A stretch of DNA of 42,466 nucleotides from NCBI GenBank assembly GCA_016839815.1, contig JAEOTM010000146.1, forward strand, positions 1 to 42,466, in the 5' to 3' direction. Below, in pieces: positions 1 to 9,984 of this stretch. A program made the position numbers and the translations under genes. The notes under the pieces are model-generated. The model was not told the origin of the DNA. It did not search any database and saw nothing but the letters and a program-made list of their open reading frames with translations. How positions within the stretch are numbered: position 1 is the first letter of the stretch; every line of letters starts with the position of its first letter. This DNA is from Candidatus Hodarchaeota archaeon. Its GTDB lineage: Archaea; Asgardarchaeota; Heimdallarchaeia; Hodarchaeales; Hodarchaeaceae.

Positions 1-2
1 GC

Positions 3-2612
3 GGAACCTCGATATCCTCTCATGAAGTTGCGCAAGGATATGCTGAAACAACAGATCCAAGTATATTCATAAAATTCCAAGTAAAAGGAGATCCTGAACG
101 ACATTTTCTTGCGTGGACAACTACTCCTTGGACACTCCTATCAAATTTGGTTCTTGCCGTAAACGAAGAGGAGAGTTATATAGAAGTTGAGCATGAGGGA
201 GAAAGTCTAATATTCGCAAAAGATTTACTACCAAGGATCTTTTCCACCAAAAAAACAGTCATTAAGGAATATGTAGGCAAAGACCTACTTGGTATGGAAT
301 ATGAAGCCCTTTTCCCCTATACGGCTGAAAATAAAACTGGAAAAGCCCATTTTGTTGTTGCAGCTGACTTTGTTTCAATGGAAGATGGTACTGGGATTGT
401 TCATTGTGCTCCTGCATTTGGTATCGAAGACTATGAACTCTGTCAGGAAATCGGAGTAGATATGTTTAATCCCGTCTTAGAAAATGGAAATTTTGTTAAT
501 GATATGCCAGATTTTGGAGGGATGCATGTAAAAGAGGCCGATCCCCATATCATGGAGCAGTTGAAAGCAGAAAACAAGTTATTACGTGTAGAATCGATTA
601 CTCACACGTATCCGTTTTGTTGGAGATGTGATTCACCCTTACTTTACTATGCCATGGAATCTTGGTTCATAGGAATGAGTCAAGTGCGGGAACGGATTCG
701 TGAATTAAATCAACAAATCCGTTGGGTCCCTAAACATTTGAAGGATGGACGATTTGGAAATTTTCTGGATGAACTTAAAGATTGGTCACTCTCTCGCTCA
801 CGATACTGGGGTACACCATTACCAATCTGGACTTGTGAGAAAGGCCATGAATTTATTGTTGGAAGTAGAAAGGAGTTAAATACACTAACAAAAGGGGGAT
901 TACCTAAAGATTTCTCACTCCATAAACCAGATGTAGACAACATCGAAGTACACTGCCCCACGTGTAAAGCTAAAGCAACTCGGGAAGAATATGTTATTGA
1001 TGCTTGGTATGACTCTGGAGCAGCATCTTTTGCCCAATGGCATTATCCCTTTGAGAATAAAGAAGAGTTTGATAAACATTTCCCCATAGATTTCATAACA
1101 GAAGCAATTGATCAAACACGGGGTTGGTTCTACTCCCTCCTTGCTATTTCAACAGTAGTTTTTGATAAAAATCCCTATAAATCGTGTTTAACTATGGGAC
1201 ATGTGCTTACTGCTGAAGGGAAGAAAATGTCCAAATCAAAAGGTAGTGCTATCTATTCTGAGGAAGCATTTGAGAAGTTCGGGGCAGATCCAGTCCGTTG
1301 GCTCTATCTTAGTGGACCGACTTGGAATGATGTTCGATTTGGATTTGGTTTACTTGAAGATGAAATCAAAGAATTTATCCTTCCCTTATGGAATGTTTTG
1401 TCATTTTTCATCACGTATGCCAATCTTGACGAATATTCTCCCAACATGAAGAAATACAAAGTAGCATATTCCAAAAGACCATTAATAGATCGCTGGATCC
1501 TTTCGAGGTATCACAATACACTGAAAGATGTTCATTCGGCTTTCGAGAATTTGTCAATTCACCAAGCGACGAAAGCACTAAAGAGTTTTTTGACGAATGA
1601 TCTTTCAAATCTATGGATACGCCAATCACGACGTCGTTTTTGGGAAAAATCGTTAACTATCTCAAAAAAATCAGCATATTCAACGATGTATGAGGTACTG
1701 GAATCTTTATCCAAGGTTTTAGCACCTATCATTCCTTTTTTATCCGAGGAAATGTATAGAATTCTCGTTCGGAGTCAAGGAAATGGTCTAGATAGTGTTC
1801 ATTTGGAAAATTATCCTGTTTCGGACGAGAAGAGAATAAAAACAAATATAGAAGAAAGTGTGGCAATATCTCGTGAAGTTATAACAAATGGAAGGTCTAT
1901 CAGAGCCAAGAAAGATCTAAAAGCACGTTGGCCACTTCAAGAGGTAATTTTAGTTACGAATGCAGCTGGAAAGAAAGCCATAACATCGTGTAAGGATTTA
2001 ATCCTGCAAGAACTGAATGTTAAATCATTAGAATTTTCTGATGATCCTTTGGCATTTCAAGACATTGAATTTGCTCCTAACTTCAAACAACTTGGCCCAA
2101 AGTTTAAGAAAAACGCAAATGATGTTGCAACATGGATGAAATCCCAAAAAGGTGAAACAGCTAAAGAAATTGCTCAGATTTTAACAGAAAAAGGTGAATA
2201 TCAACTCACTCTAAACGGGGATGATCTTACCATAAGTAAAGAGGACTTGGAAGTTAGAATCACGGAAAAAGAAGGATTTAGTGGAGCTAGCTTTAAGGAA
2301 GGTGATCTTTTCTTGAATCTATCCCAGACTGATGAGCTCATTCATGAAGGATTTATCAGAGATCTAATCCGTCGAATCCAATCTATGCGAAAAGATTTGG
2401 AGTTAGTTTATGACGCGAACATTTCTGTTCATCTTACTAAATTAGATCCCACAACAAAGAAAATTGTTAAGGAATTTTCCTCATTAATTCAAGAGGAAGT
2501 GTTGGCGACGAATTTGGATTTTTCAGCTATTAAAAAAGGATTCAAAAAGGATTGGGCAATCCAAGATCCTCAAGGAAATACACGCAACGTCTTAATAAAT
2601 ATTGAATCTTAA
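3..2612 (+). CDS. ileS: Isoleucine--tRNA ligase, archaeal/eukaryote type; 5' end lies outside the window
   Basis: Frame is open from nt 3 (GTSISSHEVAQGY...AWTTTPWTLLSN). Motifs: GTGIVHCAPAFG (CP1 editing), WSLSRSRYWGTP, DQTRGWF, KMSKS, C-terminal EGFIRDLIRRIQSMRK. Confidence 0.97.
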   Translation, partial: GTSISSHEVAQGYAETTDPSIFIKFQVKGDPERHFLAWTTTPWTLLSNLVLAVNEEESYIEVEHEGESLIFAKDLLPRIFSTKKTVIKEYVGKDLLGMEYEALFPYTAENKTGKAHFVVAADFVSMEDGTGIVHCAPAFGIEDYELCQEIGVDMFNPVLENGNFVNDMPDFGGMHVKEADPHIMEQLKAENKLLRVESITHTYPFCWRCDSPLLYYAMESWFIGMSQVRERIRELNQQIRWVPKHLKDGRFGNFLDELKDWSLSRSRYWGTPLPIWTCEKGHEFIVGSRKELNTLTKGGLPKDFSLHKPDVDNIEVHCPTCKAKATREEYVIDAWYDSGAASFAQWHYPFENKEEFDKHFPIDFITEAIDQTRGWFYSLLAISTVVFDKNPYKSCLTMGHVLTAEGKKMSKSKGSAIYSEEAFEKFGADPVRWLYLSGPTWNDVRFGFGLLEDEIKEFILPLWNVLSFFITYANLDEYSPNMKKYKVAYSKRPLIDRWILSRYHNTLKDVHSAFENLSIHQATKALKSFLTNDLSNLWIRQSRRRFWEKSLTISKKSAYSTMYEVLESLSKVLAPIIPFLSEEMYRILVRSQGNGLDSVHLENYPVSDEKRIKTNIEESVAISREVITNGRSIRAKKDLKARWPLQEVILVTNAAGKKAITSCKDLILQELNVKSLEFSDDPLAFQDIEFAPNFKQLGPKFKKNANDVATWMKSQKGETAKEIAQILTEKGEYQLTLNGDDLTISKEDLEVRITEKEGFSGASFKEGDLFLNLSQTDELIHEGFIRDLIRRIQSMRKDLELVYDANISVHLTKLDPTTKKIVKEFSSLIQEEVLATNLDFSAIKKGFKKDWAIQDPQGNTRNVLINIES

Positions 2613-2642
2613 TACAAATTTACAATGACGAGGAGACAAGCT

Positions 2643-4418
2643 ATGGATTCGAACACCTTAAGAAAAATGTATTTACAGTTCTTTGAGGATAAAAACCATG
2701 TAATTATTCCTTCAGCATCAATTTTTCCAGAAAATGACCCCACAGTGTTATTTACTACGGCAGGGATGCATCCCTTACAAGTTTATTTCACTGGAGAACC
2801 ACATCCCTCTGGAAAACGTATTACCAATAGCCAAAAATGCATTCGTACTGGAGATATTGATGATGTAGGAGACCCTACTCATCTTACCTTTTTTGAAATG
2901 CTAGGAAATTGGTCATTAGGCGATTATTTCAAAGAAGAAGCCATTACGATGAGCTGGGAATTCCTTACATCACCTGATTGGCTAGGAATTGACCCTGAAC
3001 GTTTGTCAGTTACTGTCTTTGAAGGAGATGAAGATGTCCCCAGAGATGAGGAATCAGCATCAATATGGCAAAAAATGGGGGTACCTGATAAACGTATTTA
3101 TTTTCTTCCACGAGAGGATAATTGGTGGGGTCCGGCAGGTTCCACAGGACCTTGTGGACCTGACACCGAGATATTTTTTGATACAGGAAGAGAATCGTGT
3201 TCAAAGGAGTGTCGTCCTGGTTGTCATTGTGGCAAGTACTTTGAAATCTGGAATGACGTCTTTATGAGCTATAATAAATTAGCAGATGGTTCATTCGAAA
3301 AATTAGCCCAACATAATGTCGATACTGGAATGGGTATCGAACGGACAGTTGCAGTACTTAATGGAGCAACTACCATTCATGAAATCGATACGATTCAACC
3401 AATCACCGATCGTGTGAAGAGATATGCAAAAATTAAAACTGAGCCTACCGATGAGCAACGAAAATCGATAAACATCATTGCAGATCATATTCGATCCGCA
3501 ACCTTTATTCTAGGTGATGACAAGAGTGTCTCCCCTTCCAACTTAGGACAAGGATATGTCCTTCGAAGGTTTATTCGAGGAATAATTCGACAAGGAAATC
3601 AGTTGAATATTAAACAACGCTTTCTTCCTACACTAGCTGAAATTGTTATAGGAATATATTCTGACGTTTACCCAGAACTTGAACGAAACAAAGTTTTCAT
3701 TATTGAGAATTTAACTCAAGAGGAAAAGAAATTTTCAACCACTTTGAAACGAGGCCTTAAGCGTCTAAGTAAAATTTTAGATGAAACAGGAACATTGACA
3801 GGCGAGGATGCATTTCTTCTATTCACATCATTTGGTTTTCCATTAGAAATGACCATGGAAATCGCGAAGGAAAAGAATATCACCATAGATACTCAAGCAT
3901 TCCAAAAAGAATTCACTCAACACAAAGATCTTTCAAGAAAAGCCACTTCTGGTACATTTAAGAGCGGTCTCGCTGATCACACAGAGAAGACAACTCGTCT
4001 TCATACAGCCACTCATCTATTACAGCAAGCTTTACGAGATGTCCTAGGGAACCATGTCGAGCAAAAAGGAAGTAATATCACTCCAGAGCGAACAAGATTT
4101 GATTTTACTCACCCTGAAAAGCTTACACCAGAGGAAATTAAAAAAGTAGAACAAATTGTCAATAATAAAATAAAAGAGAGTCTTGCGGTAAAAAGCGAAA
4201 TCGTTTCTCCTATCGAAGCAAAAAACAGTGGAGCATTAGGATTTTTTGAAGACAAGTACCAAACAAAAGTATCTGTATATTCTGTGGGTGAATTTTCTAA
4301 AGAGATCTGTACAGGTCCTCATGTTAAAAATACTAAGGAAATTGGAAAATTTATCATTCAAAAACAGAAAAATATTGGCGCAGGCCTAATGAGAATCCGA
4401 GCAAAAATTGAACCTTAG
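2643..4418 (+). CDS. alaS: Alanine--tRNA ligase, short form (~590 aa) lacking the C-Ala domain
   Basis: LFTTAGM, QKCIR, HLTFFEMLGNWS, EIWNDVFM, DTGMGIER, ADHIR, SN..GYVLRR; editing HTATH and CTGPH; ends right after the editing domain. AGGAG at 2631 precedes ATG 2643 (ORF track starts at 2625). Confidence 0.96.
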   Translation: MDSNTLRKMYLQFFEDKNHVIIPSASIFPENDPTVLFTTAGMHPLQVYFTGEPHPSGKRITNSQKCIRTGDIDDVGDPTHLTFFEMLGNWSLGDYFKEEAITMSWEFLTSPDWLGIDPERLSVTVFEGDEDVPRDEESASIWQKMGVPDKRIYFLPREDNWWGPAGSTGPCGPDTEIFFDTGRESCSKECRPGCHCGKYFEIWNDVFMSYNKLADGSFEKLAQHNVDTGMGIERTVAVLNGATTIHEIDTIQPITDRVKRYAKIKTEPTDEQRKSINIIADHIRSATFILGDDKSVSPSNLGQGYVLRRFIRGIIRQGNQLNIKQRFLPTLAEIVIGIYSDVYPELERNKVFIIENLTQEEKKFSTTLKRGLKRLSKILDETGTLTGEDAFLLFTSFGFPLEMTMEIAKEKNITIDTQAFQKEFTQHKDLSRKATSGTFKSGLADHTEKTTRLHTATHLLQQALRDVLGNHVEQKGSNITPERTRFDFTHPEKLTPEEIKKVEQIVNNKIKESLAVKSEIVSPIEAKNSGALGFFEDKYQTKVSVYSVGEFSKEICTGPHVKNTKEIGKFIIQKQKNIGAGLMRIRAKIEP

Positions 4419-4424
4419 TAAAAA

Positions 4425-5186
4425 TTAAAAACCAGTTAACTTAATTTGGGGAGGGGTTCCAATGATAGATAGAATACTGTGGTTTGGGATTTCGCTCCAA
4501 GAGGAATCTTTAATCCCCCCTAAATCAAGTTTCTCTGAGCAAATAGTTACACCTAATTTAGATTTATAATAAAATAATGAATAGTAATCCTGGTGCTCTG
4601 CAGCACAACGGACTGCATAAAGCTCCTGTCCATTACTCATGATACTGTTGAGTGCAGAATACTGAACATCAATTCGTGTAAGATTTTTGATCAATTTACG
4701 AACTTTAGAATCAGTATTTTTTTCTTCAATCAAATCTGTTAAGAGGTAGTGAAAAAAAAATTCCGAATCAGAATTGTCTGAGGTAATTTGGTACTGTTTG
4801 GATTGCGTCAAGTTTTCTGCGTTATAAACTGTTCCATTATGGATAAAAGCCCAAGATGAGGAAAGAAAAGGTTGGCTATTTGGTAAGGAAACTCGAATTT
4901 TCGGACTAGCTTTTCTCAGATGGTACAATAGCACACGAGGTTGGAAAGCAAACGAGTGAACTATAGAATCATATTCTGGCGCTGTCATAGCATTCCCTAA
5001 AAATTTTCCAGTCAGTTCCATGCCTGAATTATCAGATTTTAACGCAGCTACTCCCCATCCGTCTAGGTGACCAGGTAAGATATTTGGGAGCCTTAGTATC
5101 TTGCCCTTTTCCGATAATTCTTGGAATTCGTGTAAAATCTCCTTCCAACATTCTACTGACCCTAAGATTCCAAGAAGTCGACACAT
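4425..5186 (-). CDS. Class II (Ntn) glutamine amidotransferase / gamma-glutamyl amidohydrolase, YafJ/EgtC/Dug3-like
   Basis: M-CRLLG with Cys1 nucleophile if started at ATG 5186; DGWG, HLRKAS, N.QPF, FIHNG, SDSE motifs. Confidence 0.88.
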   Translation of the reverse strand: MCRLLGILGSVECWKEILHEFQELSEKGKILRLPNILPGHLDGWGVAALKSDNSGMELTGKFLGNAMTAPEYDSIVHSFAFQPRVLLYHLRKASPKIRVSLPNSQPFLSSSWAFIHNGTVYNAENLTQSKQYQITSDNSDSEFFFHYLLTDLIEEKNTDSKVRKLIKNLTRIDVQYSALNSIMSNGQELYAVRCAAEHQDYYSLFYYKSKLGVTICSEKLDLGGIKDSSWSEIPNHSILSIIGTPPQIKLTGF

Positions 5187-5223
5187 ATGACTCACAAAAT
5201 TCCGATTTTTTGATTTAACTCGG

Positions 5224-6081
5224 TTAAAAATGTTTGGGCTTGGTTAATGGTATCCGCCAATCAATATTGGGGGTTCGTACTCCTAATTTGAAAATGATTG
5301 GCCCTCTTCTTTTGTGTTCACTGGTATATATTAGAGCTCTTACTTTTTTAATCTCAGAGAGAGGGAATTTTGTTAGCTCAACAATCTGTTGATCGGTTTG
5401 GAAGAGTTCAAGTCCATAGAGTATCGAATCAAGCTGTGTATAGCTCATCCCTATTTCAGCTTCATCTGTTTGACCTTTGGTTAACCCTGCACTTGGAGGC
5501 TTTTCTAAAAACGGTTTAGGCAGTTTTAAGTACTTTGCCAGCTGGTAAACATGTGTCTTATACACATCACCAATTGGTAGGATATCTACGCCTCCGTCGC
5601 CATATTTAGTAAAATATCCGATCATTATTTCGCTTTTATTCCCTGCTCCACAAACTAAATAGTTCTTTTTATTAGCATGAAAGTACAAGTAAGTTTGTAA
5701 CAGTCGTGGTTTAATATTCATCCATGCCAAGTCAGATAAATCCTCTTTTTCGTCAATAGTATTTGAAAATTGATCTATAACACTTTGAATGTCAAATTGG
5801 TTTAATTCAAGCTTCAATTGTTTACATAATGTTTTTATATCCGCAATATCAGATTCTAATGAATTATTATTTCGTAAAAATATTGGAAAAACATTCTTTG
5901 CTCCTAAAGACTTTGTAGCAAGTGTAACAACTACAGCAGAGTCGATACCTCCACTTAACCCCATAACTATTCCTTTTACATCCGCTTCTGATATTCGTGT
6001 TTGGATAAAATCTTGAATAAGTTCACTTGTTCTAACAACATCAATGGAAGGAATACTTTGAATTTTTGATTTAGATGTCAT
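5224..6081 (-). CDS. nadE: NAD+ synthetase (single-domain)
   Basis: SGGIDS P-loop, GNKSE, GYFTKYGDG, PPSAGL..GQTDE, SEHKR. Confidence 0.96.
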   Translation of the reverse strand: MTSKSKIQSIPSIDVVRTSELIQDFIQTRISEADVKGIVMGLSGGIDSAVVVTLATKSLGAKNVFPIFLRNNNSLESDIADIKTLCKQLKLELNQFDIQSVIDQFSNTIDEKEDLSDLAWMNIKPRLLQTYLYFHANKKNYLVCGAGNKSEIMIGYFTKYGDGGVDILPIGDVYKTHVYQLAKYLKLPKPFLEKPPSAGLTKGQTDEAEIGMSYTQLDSILYGLELFQTDQQIVELTKFPLSEIKKVRALIYTSEHKRRGPIIFKLGVRTPNIDWRIPLTKPKHF

Positions 6082-6901
6082 AATAACTCTCTTCCAATTG
6101 TTTGAAAATCCAAGAGGGTAAATCTTTCAATGTAGGAACAAAATTCTTGGCGCTTCGAGCACTTTCCATAGATAAAGTATAAATTCCAAAATCAGGTTTA
6201 TCGTAGGAGAGCTTTGCGATTTGTTTCCCTGTTGCAGAACGAACCTCTGATCCACCCCAAAAAATCAAATCATCTTGAATTCCTGATTGATTAACATAGA
6301 TAAAATTTATCGTGTTTTCCATCGCCCTGGCTGGAATGAATGTTTCAAAATATTGTCGTCTTACCCCAGGGGAAGCTGATATACATATGCTTGTATGAGC
6401 TCCTAGAAGTGCATGAGCTCGTGTGATTTCAGGACTAAAGATATCATAACATATTTGCATACCAATCTTCCCCATTGGAGTATCAATTACATTTATTACT
6501 GGAGAAGTCCTGAAATATCGCCTTTCATTAAAAACAGAATGGTTAGGAAGAAATATCTTTCGACTTTTTCCAAGAAAACCTTCTGGCCCAAACATCACGG
6601 CAGTATTATAAAGTAACCCAGGAACAGACGACTCTGGTAAACCTGCGATTAAATAACAAGCATTTTTCTGTGAAATCTCCCTAAGTTGCTTACTTAGAGG
6701 ACCCGAGGGGACTGGTTCAGCTAGTTGATATACATCATCATGCATTAGATAGCCAGTCACGGATAATTCAGGAAAAACAACAACGGTTTCTAGATCGTTA
6801 TCCACCTCAAGGTTTTCACAGATATCGGAGATTATGCGTAAATTGGATTCTGGATCAGCTTGATGTGAATGAATTTGTGCAAGTGCTACACGAAACTTCA
6901 C
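6071..6901 (-). CDS. Nitrilase-family C-N hydrolase; probable stand-alone glutaminase subunit of NAD synthetase
   Basis: E-K-C triad (FPELS, RKIFLPN..VFNERRYF, ICYD), SASP motif; overlaps nadE start by 11 nt; GAGGT RBS before GTG. Confidence 0.8.
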   Translation of the reverse strand: MKFRVALAQIHSHQADPESNLRIISDICENLEVDNDLETVVVFPELSVTGYLMHDDVYQLAEPVPSGPLSKQLREISQKNACYLIAGLPESSVPGLLYNTAVMFGPEGFLGKSRKIFLPNHSVFNERRYFRTSPVINVIDTPMGKIGMQICYDIFSPEITRAHALLGAHTSICISASPGVRRQYFETFIPARAMENTINFIYVNQSGIQDDLIFWGGSEVRSATGKQIAKLSYDKPDFGIYTLSMESARSAKNFVPTLKDLPSWIFKQLEESYYDI

Positions 6902-6919
6902 TTGGTTTACCTCATATTC

Positions 6920-8200
6920 TTAAACGTCAATATATTCTTTCCAATCCCAATCAGTAACTTGGGTAGAATATTGAAGCCATTCTTTTTTCTTTAATTTAAT
7001 GAAATGATCAAAGATATGGGAACCCAGCGCTTTTTGAATAACACGATCATTTTCCAAACAGGTTAGCGCCTGGAAAAGATTTCCAGGAAGATTTCTTACA
7101 CCAAGTTTTTCTCGCTCCTGAGATGTTAAATCAAAGATATTAGATTTGACTGGAGGTGGAAGTTCTAACTCACGATCGATACCATCCATACCTGCTGCAA
7201 TTATTGCGGTTAAAGCTAAGTAAGGATTAGTGCTTGGATCAGGACATCGATATTCAAATCGTGCTGAATTTGGATCTTGAAACATTGGGATTCTGCATAA
7301 TGTAGATCTATTTAATGGGGCCCATGCAATATAAACTGGTGCTTCGAACCCTGGTACAAGTCGTTTAAACGAATTTACAGTAGGTGCTACTATAACAGTC
7401 AATGCTTCTGCATGATCAAGGATTCCTGCCATAAATTGTTCTCCAAGGGTGGATACTTCGCTGGGTTTTCCAGAGCTAAATAGATTTGTTTCCCCTTCCC
7501 AAAGAGAGAGATGAAAATGCATTCCATTTCCATTAGCGTCTCCGAACGGTTTTGGCATGAAAGTCGCCGAATAGCCAATCTTTGCAGCAAGAGCTCGGAC
7601 TACTGCTTTATAGGTGACAATTGAGTCCGCTGTATGCAATGCTTCTGAGTGTTTTATTTCAATTTCATATTGGCCTGATCCAACCTCATGGTGATGTACT
7701 TTGCAAGTGATGCCAGCTTTCTCCAAATGAGAGGGAAAGCGTTTAATTACTCCCTCTGCGATTGCATTGGGAAATATGTCAGCATATTTTCCCGTATCTA
7801 CTGGCTTATTATCCTCTAAAAGGAAAAATTCCGGTTCGGGGCCAACTTTTAGGATCCAATCACGAGGTTTTAATTTTTCTTCAATTAAAGCCTTTAACCG
7901 TGAACGTGTATCTCCCACAAACACTTTATCATGTTGACGAACCTCACACATTACTGCTATTTTTGGTTCTTCAGTATAGGATAGTTCAATTATACTTTCT
8001 GGATCGGGAATTAAATGTAGGTCTGAATTTTCAAGTGGAGTAAATCCAGCAACGGAACTACCATCTATATTCGCTCCCTCGGAAAATACGGGATCTGATT
8101 GAGCCGTTTGAAAATCGTGAATGTCAACTGGAACATTCATTGCTTTAAGTTTTCCATGAATATCTACAAAACGAATTTCTAGAACGCTAAACACGGTCAT
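6920..8200 (-). CDS. glnA: Glutamine synthetase type I (GSI-alpha-like)
   Basis: DGSS, GPEPEF, HHEV..GQYE, FMPKP...NGNGMH.H, KRLVPGFEAP, NRS...R.P, EYRCPD...NPYL all intact. Confidence 0.93.
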   Translation of the reverse strand: MTVFSVLEIRFVDIHGKLKAMNVPVDIHDFQTAQSDPVFSEGANIDGSSVAGFTPLENSDLHLIPDPESIIELSYTEEPKIAVMCEVRQHDKVFVGDTRSRLKALIEEKLKPRDWILKVGPEPEFFLLEDNKPVDTGKYADIFPNAIAEGVIKRFPSHLEKAGITCKVHHHEVGSGQYEIEIKHSEALHTADSIVTYKAVVRALAAKIGYSATFMPKPFGDANGNGMHFHLSLWEGETNLFSSGKPSEVSTLGEQFMAGILDHAEALTVIVAPTVNSFKRLVPGFEAPVYIAWAPLNRSTLCRIPMFQDPNSARFEYRCPDPSTNPYLALTAIIAAGMDGIDRELELPPPVKSNIFDLTSQEREKLGVRNLPGNLFQALTCLENDRVIQKALGSHIFDHFIKLKKKEWLQYSTQVTDWDWKEYIDV

Positions 8201-8248
8201 TACCTTAGCTACAAACGAGAAATCCGTCCTATTTAACCTAAGCTATAT

Positions 8249-9136
8249 TTACCTTCGGAAAACATCTCGGATTTTTCGGTATCCAATTATGGTAATATCC
8301 AGCTTTTCCACTGCTTCGCGAAGATCAGGATCCGTAAAGGCCTTATAATCTTGATTCCGCCATTCAGCCGAATCAGGGGTTATAGATCGTAACTCAGGGG
8401 TCATTTTTGCAGGATGGAAGATTAAATGAGTCAATCCAGGTTCTAAGCCTTTCAATAAATCCAGATAATATTGAGTTTTATTCGGATAGACTCCACCAGT
8501 GTCAATGATCATATGATCGATGAGTGGAAAGCCCCTAGATTCAAGAGAATCCAGCAAATTCCGATAAATCTCCGCGTATTCTCCTAATCCCATTAGGAAT
8601 AGCTGTTCCTCTGAAATTTTAGGTAGAAATGCGGGAATATTGTATTCAAAAGCAAGGGAAAGATAAGTCTGAATAAATTTAGGATCCATAACTGTTCCCA
8701 TATGTGTATCCAAATGTGTTAAGTCGATTCCTGATTGTTTTGCATATTGGATTTGCATCCGCATCTCACTTTCAGCTGCATCTGCTGTGACATTTGCAAT
8801 CGCTTCTTCTGTAGTTTTCCAGAGACATCTATCTTCAGCTAATAATCCCGATTCAGGATCAATACTACTAAGAGCACGCCATCGATACGTATCATATTCA
8901 CAGGTTAGGGTCAGATGTACCCCTATGTCGTACTTTGATTTCTTTGCTAGTTCAGCCACTTCAAGAAACCATGGCGAGGGAACAATAACAGACCCACAGG
9001 AAGCAATATCAAAATCTAAACACTCAAAAGCTGCTTCATTCGCTGCATGTGAAAAACCCATGTCATCTATATGCAAAATGACAATTTTATCATTCTGAGA
9101 AAACCCTAGTTTTTGTAGAATTGGTTCATCTGTCAT
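8249..9136 (-). CDS. ChbG/YdjC-family (NodB-fold) carbohydrate deacetylase
   Basis: HIDDMG, GVHLTL, THLDTHMG, IFHP motifs. Confidence 0.88.
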   Translation of the reverse strand: MTDEPILQKLGFSQNDKIVILHIDDMGFSHAANEAAFECLDFDIASCGSVIVPSPWFLEVAELAKKSKYDIGVHLTLTCEYDTYRWRALSSIDPESGLLAEDRCLWKTTEEAIANVTADAAESEMRMQIQYAKQSGIDLTHLDTHMGTVMDPKFIQTYLSLAFEYNIPAFLPKISEEQLFLMGLGEYAEIYRNLLDSLESRGFPLIDHMIIDTGGVYPNKTQYYLDLLKGLEPGLTHLIFHPAKMTPELRSITPDSAEWRNQDYKAFTDPDLREAVEKLDITIIGYRKIRDVFRR

Positions 9137-9148
9137 TATTTTCCATTC

Positions 9149-9970
9149 CTATCTGAGAGATTTATGGATGATTTCATTAACTTGATTGGGAGCCTCTTGA
9201 AAGATGAAATGCCCCGCTTCCTCAATGAGAAAGAGCTCTGAATTTGAAATATTCTCATGAAGGTATCGTGAGAACTTAGGAGGTGTCATTTGATCTTGAT
9301 CTCCACAGAGAATGATGGTTGGAATATCAATTAGTCTTAAATCCTTCCTTACATCAAAATATCGACAAGCATCAAGGTCATTATATAATACATGCCAACC
9401 ATTTTTTGTTAGGATTTCTTGGTTTTTTTGTTTTATTTGTAGTTCTGCTTTAGAACCGTAACTAAATTTACTCATCAATTTTAGTGCTTCATTATAATCC
9501 TTTTTGAGTAAATCAAAGAATATTGGTGCAACATTTAGTTTTGCTCCAGTACTCATGAGAAATATCACTGCAGGCAAAGGTGGAGGTTTTTTGAATTCCT
9601 GTTTCTTGATAAATAAGACATAATTTAAGACAATAGCTCCTCCCATGGAATGGCCCACAAGAGAATAGCTTTCTAATTTCAAATAGGAGATGATATTGAT
9701 AACTTCTCTTGTATATTGATCAATCAAGGTTTGGTTTACAGAAACTGGATTGATAGAATTATTTAGAGCTGATAAACTCTCCCCATGGTTATTTAAACTT
9801 ATCGCTAGGGTTCCATATCCATTTTCCAAAAGGAAATTCACCTGGGAATCCCACTGAGTCCGATCACCTCCTGCACCGTGAATAAACACTATATTGGGAA
9901 GTAATTCGTTTTGAGGGGAGTGGAATTCGTAATCGAGTCCATCTATCCCTTTTGATTCCAAATAAGTCAA
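9149..9970 (-). CDS. Alpha/beta-fold hydrolase
   Basis: FIHGAGG oxyanion loop, GHSMGG nucleophile elbow, GDQD, AGH; TTG start after GGAGG. Confidence 0.9.
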   Translation of the reverse strand: MTYLESKGIDGLDYEFHSPQNELLPNIVFIHGAGGDRTQWDSQVNFLLENGYGTLAISLNNHGESLSALNNSINPVSVNQTLIDQYTREVINIISYLKLESYSLVGHSMGGAIVLNYVLFIKKQEFKKPPPLPAVIFLMSTGAKLNVAPIFFDLLKKDYNEALKLMSKFSYGSKAELQIKQKNQEILTKNGWHVLYNDLDACRYFDVRKDLRLIDIPTIILCGDQDQMTPPKFSRYLHENISNSELFLIEEAGHFIFQEAPNQVNEIIHKSLR

Positions 9971-9984
9971 TCCTCCGATTTTTT

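Noticed and set aside
6920-8200. Gamma-glutamyl-amine ligase (PuuA/GlnA-like) instead of true GS
   Set aside because: Ammonium-site DGSS and the Glu-flap GFEAP are intact, favouring true glutamine synthetase despite a short N-terminus.
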